The notes beneath the pieces are model-generated. The model did not search any database and was not told the DNA's origin. It was given only the letters and a program-made list of their open reading frames with translations. A stretch of DNA of 64,000 nucleotides from Trichinella spiralis (lineage: Eukaryota). The stretch is taken from NCBI RefSeq assembly GCF_000181795.1, contig NW_003526941.1:7305930-7369929 (forward strand), read 5' to 3'. Positions within the stretch are counted from its first letter, which is position 1. Every line of letters begins with the position of its first letter. Both the position numbers and the translations under genes were made by a program. Of this stretch, positions 44,012 through 54,710 are shown piece after piece.

Positions 44012-44314
44012 GAAAATATTCACTGATGAATTGATCCATTAATGATTACATAGAAAAATAATTTGTAATAATAATAATATATTGTAGTGAAATATGCCAA
44101 TTTGTTAAATTCATAGGTGGATAAGAAAAAGTGTACAGTTTTCTCCAACTGCAAAGTTCCTAGTTTGAAAGTTGTAACAATTGAATATTAAGTTTCATTT
44201 CGACTGCTTGCATGCGTGTAATGTATTCATGTACATCAAGCAAGCAAGCAAGCGAGCAAGCAACGTGATGGACAAAACGTGACTTTCGCTTCGTGTTCAA
44301 ACGANNNNNNNNNN

Positions 44315-46035
44315 TACTGCACGTTACCCAAATCGGCCAAACTTGCCTCGCGGTCGCCTGGCAAGACGGCTTTCAGCCCCTTGCTGACTAATCGTAAGAC
44401 TTTGCCGGACAGTTCCCCTTCTTCGGCTAGTGATTCAGTGCAACTGTTGTCATTTTTCGATCACAATCAACTCGAATCAGAAGTTCCCCAACAACATACG
44501 GTCGGCATTACTCTCAACGCCGTTCGACACTTGCCTGCCCAGTGATCAGCACAACTAACTCAGTTTGCTTTTCACATGCAAATGACAAACTTTTCTTGCA
44601 CCAACAATTAACACATTTCATCATCACACTCATTCACTCACACTCACACACACACACACATATATATATATTGTATGTTGAATTACTTGTGTTGCATGAG
44701 TCGTTCGTTTTGCACATTTGATTTCAAAGTATCGAATAAAAAATAACCACGCCCATTACCATTACTACTATTATCACTGTTTGGGTCGAAACAGAAAAGA
44801 AAACTTGGGTTGTGGTTGTGTTTCCATTGTCCATTGGAATTAATGTTCCACTGAACGTTCGTACAGTTGAAATTAACACTTGCAATGCCGACCAGTGTGT
44901 CTGCCTGTGTGCATGGGTAAAAAGGATGATGATGGGGGCAAATTATGCATGCGTGTTGCAATCAATCAACAGTGAAAAATACTGTTCTTCTGTAAATGCT
45001 CAGAAGCTGTGCTTAGAAGACAAAACAGAGGATGAATTTGACTGTAATTTAGGGGAAAAAATAAAAATGCATCACTCGAGATCAAACAGCGGATCTACCC
45101 AACAAAGTTCCAGCCTGAGCAGTGATTCGGTCGTAGCGGCATCTCTAGCCGCACGTCAACGAGGATGGTCCTCTCGTTGGCCTGGAGATAGAGTCAGTTT
45201 CAGTGGTTCAGAAAGAGCGGTCGACGTGCCGAACGATCCAATGAGCAGTCAGTCTACAGTTCACAAGAGCTCACTTCCATCACCGGCCACTGCCATGCAA
45301 CCCCGTACGCCGCCGCCGTATCGGTGCGCAGTGCAGCGCCGAGACACGTTGGCCGCTTCGCCGCTTCGGGCTGTGCCCAGTCTGTTGGCCAATGGTCATT
45401 TAGGTCGTCTTCCGCCTCCTTATCCGGGCAAAAAAGCCGCCCCGTGCACAGCGGAAAGCAGCAACTTGCTTTGCAGTCGAACTGCATTGGAACAAAGCGT
45501 GGCGCAATTGCAACGGGATCTCGGCTTGCCGAGTTCAAAAATACCGAACCATTCAAATGTACAAAACGGTGCTAATGATAATAACAACAGTGATAACAAT
45601 ACTGTTACCAGTGTTGCGGATGAGTTGTTTTCCAACTTGTCTTCGGTGTCGTCAATTTTTGCCCCTCCAAAAGCATCTACACCAAAATCGGATGACAATA
45701 ACAGCAGCGCAACGTCGAGCTCAGCAATGGCACCCCTTCATCCAGGCAACAATTCACTGGTCAGCAGTGAACCATCGTCCAACGGTTCAGTGGCCGCACA
45801 AGTGGATACTGACGTGACGCCAAAACGGCGCCCACTGACCACCACCAGACAAGCGGTCCGTAGCATTTACGACAACGTACCGACGACCAGTGGTAATGAT
45901 CAACCGAATCAAAAATCTGCAGCGCAGCTCGAAGAAGATGAAGACAGTTCAATTGAAAAAACCCTGACAGAATTACTGCGCGACTGTAAAACTGAACACG
46001 AAAACGCAGTATGGTTCGAATATGGATGTGTTTAA
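44315..46035 (+). CDS. grdn-1: Girdin/Daple 3' end, redundant copy (terminal exon 45053-46035)
   Basis: Contig 44315-46854 matches 20151-~22685 with a few SNPs (e.g. HKGSL vs HKSSL) and ends in VWFEYGCV. Confidence 0.8.
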
Positions 46036-46854
46036 ATTTTATTTAAATTTTGTATTTTTTCCGCCGTATTTATATGTTTCAACTTCTTAAAAATGACTAC
46101 TTTCAAAGAAAATTTGTTTTCCCACTGTTCGCATTAGTCAAATTACCGGTCGTTTTTTTTACAACACAACAACGACTAGCGTGAAAGTTTTGAATGAGAA
46201 AAATTTTCACCTTCCTAGTCGAACGTTTTCACATGCCTACTATTTCAGCAGCGAAATTTCAGCGCATAAAAAACTGCTCAAGATTCAAAAGTTTTTCAAT
46301 GCACAACGATCATTTCCACACAATACAAATTTCAAATCTATACTATTTTCGTATCTGAGGGAAAACCGGTTTGAAAAGTACTATCAACTATAGAAGAACA
46401 GTAATTTTCCCGCCTCTTTTTCACCCAAACTAACAAACCAGTTTTGATCAACGTTGAAAAATTCAAAAAGTTCAGCAGTGCTCAAATTTTTTTAAAGTTA
46501 AAATATGACGAAGATGATATTCAAATTGGAAAATGAACCCGAATAAGAAATAATTTGAAAAATAAAACTTTCCTCACCTCGTTTAGGAGAAACGAAGCGT
46601 TGCATTTTCAGCAGTGTTGGCTTTTTCAGTAGTTAGTTATTTTCATTGCATTTTGAATTCATTTGAATTTCACCAACCAGCTAGCTGCTGCATTTGTCGA
46701 TTTCATGCATAATATATTGAAATACCACTGAAAATGTCGATTTCAACGTTGTTTGATTTTGTACAGAATTTCCATTCAAAAATAAAATTTATTAAGACGT
46801 AACTGAAATAGATTTTTCGAGTTCACAAGTGAAAGTATAAAATAACCAAACGTA

Positions 46855-47499
46855 NNNNNNNNNNNNNNNNNNNNNNNNNNNNNNNNNNNNNNNNNNNNNN
46901 NNNNNNNNNNNNNNNNNNNNNNNNNNNNNNNNNNNNNNNNNNNNNNNNNNNNNNNNNNNNNNNNNNNNNNNNNNNNNNNNNNNNNNNNNNNNNNNNNNNN
47001 NNNNNNNNNNNNNNNNNNNNNNNNNNNNNNNNNNNNNNNNNNNNNNNNNNNNNNNNNNNNNNNNNNNNNNNNNNNNNNNNNNNNNNNNNNNNNNNNNNNN
47101 NNNNNNNNNNNNNNNNNNNNNNNNNNNNNNNNNNNNNNNNNNNNNNNNNNNNNNNNNNNNNNNNNNNNNNNNNNNNNNNNNNNNNNNNNNNNNNNNNNNN
47201 NNNNNNNNNNNNNNNNNNNNNNNNNNNNNNNNNNNNNNNNNNNNNNNNNNNNNNNNNNNNNNNNNNNNNNNNNNNNNNNNNNNNNNNNNNNNNNNNNNNN
47301 NNNNNNNNNNNNNNNNNNNNNNNNNNNNNNNNNNNNNNNNNNNNNNNNNNNNNNNNNNNNNNNNNNNNNNNNNNNNNNNNNNNNNNNNNNNNNNNNNNNN
47401 NNNNNNNNNNNNNNNNNNNNNNNNNNNNNNNNNNNNNNNNNNNNNNNNNNNNNNNNNNNNNNNNNNNNNNNNNNNNNNNNNNNNNNNNNNNNNNNNNNN
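46855..47499. other. Sized assembly gap (645 N)
   Basis: Run of N; the other five gaps are 10-N placeholders. Confidence 1.
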
Positions 47500-50467
47500 G
47501 TTGAACGCAATGCACAGATTGCAATATTTAAACAAGAGCTCAGTTCAGCAGAGTCGAAATTGAAATTAGCCGAGGCCGATTTGAGACGTTTGGAAAATGA
47601 ACAAATCACAACCCAAGCACAGTTTGCCTCTTTGCAAAGGGATCGAAGTTTTCTAGAGCACGAGAATGCCAAAGTCAAGCAGTCGTTGGAATCAGCCGAC
47701 GCAGAGTTGGAACAGTGTCGCCAACGTCTGGGTCGGCTTGAAGTGGAACACGAACGTCTGGCTACTGTACGATTACAGTACGATGAGCTCAGTGCTCATA
47801 TGGACAGTTTGCAGTCGACGAACAGACGTCTACAACAGCAGCTTGAAGTCGAAGCGAACAAGAATCAAGCATTGGCCGAAGATTTGGTCAACGAAAAGCG
47901 TAAAATTCATTCATTCGAACAGTTGATCACGGAAATGCGATCATCGCTGAACACGTCGTCTGAAGAAGAGAACCCCGTCGACGATGAAAAGCAGCGGTGC
48001 GCGAATGAAGATGATCCTAGAATTTTATTCTGGCAAGTGATCCAACGATTGAAAAATCAAATAGCCAGTGGTCAGCAGCAGTTGGAATGCAGTGAAAACG
48101 AGCTAGCAGCACTGAGGCAACAGATTGCTTCACAATGTGCATTTGCAGCAACTGATGAGCAACGACAGTCGTCAACCGTGTTGGCAGATGTGACCGATTC
48201 GGTGGAAAATATTCGTCTCAAAAATCGCCTCCTGATCGATGAAAATGGCAACATACGCCAACAAGTGCACATCTTGCAAAGTCAAATTGAGAAATATTGC
48301 AATGAAGCTCAGATGACATCCAATGAAAATTTGAAACTACGCCAAGAGCTGCGAGAAATGCAAATCAAATTGGTAAGTAAATATGTTTGTTTCTGTTTTT
48401 CATATTTCAAATAATTTTCTCTGCTCTCATTTTTTTATCTTCACATACCCATTTTATTTATTCAGCACTCATAAACAAGTTTCATTGTTTGCATCCAACA
48501 TTGTTATTCGTCGTTTTGTTTATTTGTTTCACTTGGATTCGGCATTCTTTTCGTATATATACGTATATATATATTGTTTATTTACCAGTTTGATTTGCAT
48601 TTCTCGCAGCTCTTATATATATACGAAAAGAATGCTGAATCCATATATATACGTCAGTGGACAGACGTAGACGTTCGTGTTCCACTTCAAGTATTGCAAT
48701 CTGTGCATTGCGTTCAGCAGATTGTAGTTTTCACATTTCTTTGTTGAGAATGAAGCACAACGTAAGTGAGTGTACTTTTTCCGACAGTTAAAAGCAATCA
48801 TTATCTCGTCACTAGTTGAAATAGCAGAATAAGTTGATACAATTTCGCTTCCATCTTTTTATATACGCTGAATTTCTGTTCAGAAAAAAACAATCAGACA
48901 GAGGTATTTTCGAGCTGTTATCCCGAATATACAATGATTGTGACTGTTGATTTATATTATTATCGCCGTTGGGCCAAACTGAAGCTGCATCACATAGTTA
49001 GTGTCAAAGAGGTTTCTTTGCTTTCTTTCTTTGAAGAAGCATATATTTAGTTTAGTGTTGTTCAACGTTGAGGTCAATCTGTTGTTGATCAACATCATCG
49101 AAACTGTGTTTAAATGCCAGCTATTCTAGATTTAGAGAAGTGTCATCTCAAAAGGTGAATTTTCTGATTACAGATTTACAGTTCGTAGAGTTTTTCCAGC
49201 ATGAGAATGTAAATTTCAACTGTTTTCATTTTCAAACTATTGAGCAGCAGAGTATTCAACGTGAGTGAGTGTTTGTTTGTAGGAGAAAAGTGGTTTGATA
49301 GCGACCAAGTTGAGTCAACTTTGTGCTTCGAGAGTCCAGTTATTCCAATGATTGCTTCGGTTCTTGACAATCAGTCAGAGAAATCAGAATTTCCATTTTA
49401 CTTCGCCTTCACTTCGTCGTATATATATGTGTGATCAACTTGCTTTTTTTGAAATGTGTTTCAAAGAGGAAGAGGAAGAGTTAGTTGACTTACTCAAACC
49501 AATAACCCAAGCATAAAACTTCTTCAACTGTTAATTTACATACTACACGTAGTGTACATCCAGTTTTTTGAGTAGTAATTAATCGAGTGGGATAGAATAG
49601 AACAAAAGAACATTCTCTCAATTAGAATGACTTCGCTTGGGCAAATGGAAATGGTTTGTTAATTTCATTTAAGCACTCCTCAGTGGTGGTAATAATAAAA
49701 ATATCATTTCAAGGGTTCTGGCCGTCAAGCAGAAGCAGAAAATGCCGGCTTGCAGGTAGAGTTGCGTTCATTGCAGCTGAATCACGACGTGATCAAGAAA
49801 GAGAACGTCGAATTGCAAAATCAGTGCGACAATTGGGAAAGGGGCGCGGCGTTGGCTCGACGCGGTTTCGAAGAGCTGCAGAAACAGCATCGTCTATTGC
49901 TTGACGATCACGAGCATTTGCAAGCGTTGCACGAGCAATTGGGACGAGATTACGAACGTCTGTGCAACGATGTCCGACAATTCAAAGTCCAATTGAAGCA
50001 GGCTCGTCTGGAAAAAGCCGAACAAGCAACCCGGTTGGAACAATTGACCGAAGAAAATAGTCGACTGGTTCGACTGGGAGCCTCGGAACGCCAACGTGAC
50101 GAACAGCAGCAGCAACGTGAATGCAGACTGCTGGCCAGTTTGCAGAGCGAGCATGGTCAGTTGAAGAAAGCTCACGACGAGCTGAACGGTCGGCTGGAAG
50201 TGACCAGTCGAGAATTGGAAACGAGCCGAGCACAGAATCGTATACTTCGAGCCCAGGCGAACGCTGCCCAACTCCAGTTGGCCCAACAGCAGGGAAAATG
50301 CGACGACGTGGACGAGGCACGTCGTCGTGTGGAACTTGAGCTCGCCAAGGCGGAACATCGCTGTGAGACGTTTAACTCGGATGAATGAAAATTGGAAGAA
50401 GAACGACGCACTTGTTGAGGCAGCTCGACTCGCTCATTCGCAGCCCCAAGGTTGCTCCAGCTGACTT
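47500..50467 (+). CDS. grdn-1: Girdin/Daple middle coiled-coil exons (47500-48372 partial; 49714 to contig end)
   Basis: Open coiled-coil frame from 47500 to the donor TTG|gtaagt at 48372. Acceptor tttcaag| at 49714 joins in phase 0. Sequence from 49750 onward matches 18981 onward, so this contig lies 5' of the 18981 contig. Confidence 0.85.
48534..48718 (+). promoter_or_regulatory. Intronic cluster of exon-complementary (antisense) segments plus a 28-bp hairpin in the Girdin intron
   Basis: 48575-48614 pairs with 48344-48383. 48669-48691 pairs with 47737-47759. 48692-48718 pairs with 47500-47526. 48534-48561 pairs with 48616-48643. The complementarity is directly visible; a regulatory role is inferred. 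Confidence 0.65.
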
Positions 50468-53400
50468 NNNNNNNNNNTATATTTTTGATGATTTAAAATC
50501 AAAATTGTTTATGATGATTACGGCTTTGGTGTAAAACAGTTGTCAGTAAAACAGGTATAAGATTAAACGACAAGAAGCGCTTTCTTTGAATTGGAATAGA
50601 ATTTCACGCACAGACGCACACACAGATAAATGCATATGTGCATGTATGTTTGTATGTATATGCATATGAACATTCCGGATAATATTACTAGCTAATGTTC
50701 ATTTAGTAAAGTAGCAATTCAATGCCGTCGTTTAGGAAACTAACCTCATAAATGAACGACGGCATCAGTTGTATAAGAACGTGGACTAAAATTAGCATCA
50801 TTTCTCAGTGAATACAGCTTAGATTATAATTAATCGCAATAAAAAGGAAAAAAAACAAAAGAAATATTGCATTTTCAGCATTGAAAAGTATTATGATTCA
50901 TTTTGGTGCGTTAATTACTCAAAACACTGAACATTGCTTGCAACATTTGCCAAACAAGATGTCACTGATGAATTATATACAAACGCGTTAGCAACACTGA
51001 AGAGTGTGCATAATAGAAGTTCTGTCCCACGCAAAACAAACTTTGCACATGAAATGAATAACAAATTTTCAAGTATAGATTAACTAATAGCAAAGTCAAT
51101 CTGTAAATGCTTTTCAAAATTGTATACATTAAATTATCGACATTATAACGCATACTTTTTGTAATGGATGAAACATCACTACTTAAAATTGAATTCTTAA
51201 ATTTATCATTCTTTGCTTATAATAACTGAATATAAATGTAATGGAAAACTTAAAAAGCGGTGGCTATCCAGATATCCGTTTGTGCGATATTGAGTTTTTC
51301 TGGAAATATCAAACTAACGGATATTTGGATAGCTGTTGAAAATATTCACTGATGAATTGATCCATTAATGATTACATAGAGAAATAATTTGTAATAATAA
51401 TAATATATTGTAGTGAAATATGCCAATTTGTTAAATTCATAGGTGGATAAGAAAAAGTGTACAGTTTTCTCCAATTGCAAAGTTCCTAGTTTGAAAGTTG
51501 TAACAATTGAATATTAAGTTTCATTTCGACTGCTTGCATGCGTGTAATGTATTCATGTACATCAAGCAAGCAAGCAAGCGAGCAAGCAACGTGATGGACA
51601 AAACGTGACTTTCGCTTCGTGTTCAAACGATGTCAAGAATTCAGGTACAAAGAAAACAATACAGGCAAACTAGTAAACAAATAAACAAATGGACAGTTTG
51701 ATTTCAAGTTGACGCCAACACGCTGGTAACGGGCCGACATCCACAAACAAAAGAGGTTCGACCCAAGCTAACAACTTTAATCACATTAAACCGTGTCAAC
51801 TCGCGCAAGTAAAACCACTCGACAAAACACTTGTACTTCTTCTTTTTCTGTTGTTGTCTGCTATTTTCCCTCCTCTGCTCTGCTTTCCACATCTCCCTCT
51901 CTACTGCACGCCTCCCTCTCTCCCTTTCTCTCTCGCTCGCTCGCTCGCCCTCTGCATTCTACAACCGGCAGATAAAATGAATGATTAATTTGCATATCGC
52001 CCGTGTGAGTGAAGATTTCCACGTGTAAAAATCAGTTCACTTTCATATTTATTCTATGCCATTGTTTTGCACATCTATTTGACAAGAATCATTAATACAT
52101 TTTTCATCTTTCGTATAAAATAAATTCAGGTAAATAGATTACATTTTAAATCAATCTCAAAAATCATCAAATGTATTCAATTCACAAATAAGCACGTGCT
52201 TTCTTTTTCTAAATAATTGGAATGCATGCTTAAGTTTGTAAAGGTTTATTTTTTTTTCTTCATTTGCTTTTTATCTGATTTGTCAAATATTTACTGATGC
52301 AATTTTAAGTGGAGACAAATGAAACCCATTTCAATACTTCTGGATTGCATTTACATTTAACCGGTTAATTAGTTTGCCAGTTTCGCTTTATCAATTTATA
52401 AATAAGCTTATTACTTTTACTTTCCATGCAAATGCGTAACCTTTACAATTACTGGCCTCAGAAAATTTTACATAATTGTAAATATGCATATAAAGTATCT
52501 TTAAGGTCATTTCCTGTTGTTGAATTGCACACATTTAAAGTACATAAGTTGTAAAATCAACTTTAAACTGGATTCGAAAAACACCATCTGACGTGCAAAA
52601 TGTCTTGGAAGAAAAGAATTCCACGAATAAAGGGCTTAGAAAATCCATTATCAAGTGAATATTAAAACTGCTAGTGCAGATTCATTCAGACCGTGAATCA
52701 ACACAAAGAAAATGTACTAATTAATAATAAGCATCTGAAATTTTTTCTTCAACTACGTTTCCCTCTGCATAAAAATATCCAATGCAGTAGTTAGTGTTTT
52801 CGCAAAGCTTTCTTCAGATATAGATGATCAAATCAATTCAGGTAGAGAGGAGTTTCACTTTTCTCCAATAACTGCTTTGAACAAGTGATTTTAAAAATAA
52901 AACCACGCATTTGCTTTTCAATTTCTATTTTTAAATTAGCATTTGAAAATGTCCCTTTGTGCAACTGGATGAAACAATATTTCGTTTCAACCTTCTAGAA
53001 TGGCAAATTCATTTCAAAGTTATGCGATTTTCAAACGATAATGATAGAGGAATATTCAAAATTGAAAAAGAACATTATTCCATACATACGATCAAAGAAC
53101 AAATCAACTAGTACAGTAATTCTGTGATGTGACGAGCAAGTAATTTTTGCAATTTACTCATCGCTATGGAATGCGCAGTTTGCAATTTTTTTTACACATG
53201 CCGTTCAGATAGCTAGCTATTGATGATAATGACAATGATGTTCACGGCAGGCTTTTCAAAGCGCGCAATTTCTATAAATTGTCCTCCCACGACCGGAAAT
53301 AATAATTTAGCGCGTCTAGCGTTTTGCGTACACATGCCAAGTCATTGTTTACGGCACAAGGGGTTGGAGATGATAAAATTATGAATGAGGTTGGTATTTT

Positions 53401-54677
53401 GAAGTGGGCAAAAAAGTAAAAAAAAGTTTTTTCTTCACACAACGGAGGTGAAAAGATGAAAGCAGCGTAGGAGTAAGGCGTCGGTAAAGCAAAGTAACAA
53501 AGCAGCTGATGCAGATTTTCGACGATGAATGCATTTTTGGAATGTAATGACGCAAAACATTGAACGCAAAATTGAACAGGATTTCTAAGTTTCAAATGAT
53601 CATTTTCCAAAACTATTTTCAAATGTACATGTATATATATATATATATATGCGTGTGTGCATGTGGACATGTATATATTTCCATGTATATAAATAAAAAC
53701 CAAAAGAAATAAATGAGCTACAAACAGCTTTTTCTCAACACAACAGTTGCGGTTATAATTTGTTTACCGATTGTTTGAATGATCAACGCTACTATTTATA
53801 TTTTTGGTTGCTTTGCCCCGGGGCTTGTCATTTTCCTGACCAATCTTCGTTGTATTTGATAACTTTGAAGAAATTGATGATCCTCCCCCGTAGTTGAGCC
53901 AACCGCACTCCGCCTAAAGCCTACTAACGTACGAAACTTGTTCCACAGGAGACTGGCCGAAAAATTTTGGCCACACACTTCAACGCCATGCAAACACAAC
54001 GATCCGGTCAAGTAGTCACTAGCATGCCTGATCAGTGGACAAAAATCTACCGTCATCCAGTATCAGTTGAATTTATAAAAAAAAATAACCCACTTCACAG
54101 AGCAAATCTATCTCACTTATCTGCAAGAAATTGTAGATTTTCTAAATTTCATTCATATGCCCCTGCTTAATAGCTGTAGAGAATAGCTTAAAGATATACT
54201 ACACCTCTACGTTCACTAGTCAAAATTACATATTGCTTTTTTGTCCAATTCAGTTAATTCAAATCAGTAGTTGAATTTTTCAAAGTTTGCAAGAAATAAA
54301 ACCAAAAAAAGATCTACAACTTTTTTCCATGCTACATGCACATTTTCGTGAGAAATTGATGCTGTCATGTAGTTTGCAAGAGTACAACTAAAAATACGCA
54401 ACAAGGCGGTTTGATGAAAGTTCTACTGATTGATGGAATGTCATTAGTAAGCTTAGTTGAAACTTTGACTCTTTGTTTCACTATCAGCTAACGAAACTGT
54501 TTACTCAGCAAGACAGATGTCAGAAGGAATTACCATAAAGCTTACGTAATATTTTCTTTCAGATTTTAATAGACAACATTATACATATACATTGTCCTAA
54601 TAATTTAATGCATATATATATATACATATATATAAATTTTCTATCTTGTAGTTTCAGCATTATGTTTAGAGTTAAAA

Positions 54678-54705
<28 letters not shown>
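54678..54705. repeat. (ATT)n microsatellite
   Basis: About nine perfect ATT units. Confidence 0.85.

Positions 54706-54710
<5 letters not shown>

Larger units (their letters stand above)
43152..44304. repeat. Contig-end overlap, repeated at 50478-51630
   Basis: Direct sequence identity with about four substitutions; both copies abut N-gaps. Confidence 0.9.

Noticed and set aside
46776..47678. Long ORFs full of X
   Set aside because: Artefacts of translating through the 645-N gap.
48968..48990. Partial antisense match (gttgggccaa) to the downstream Girdin exon at 50278-50287, plus several 9-11 nt complements within the intron
   Set aside because: Too short to separate from chance without computation; not counted among the guide segments.
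50370..50467. Frameshifts and early stop in the Girdin copy, suggesting a pseudogene
   Set aside because: Indels cluster in the last 100 nt of the contig; the overlapping contig (19600-19700) is intact.
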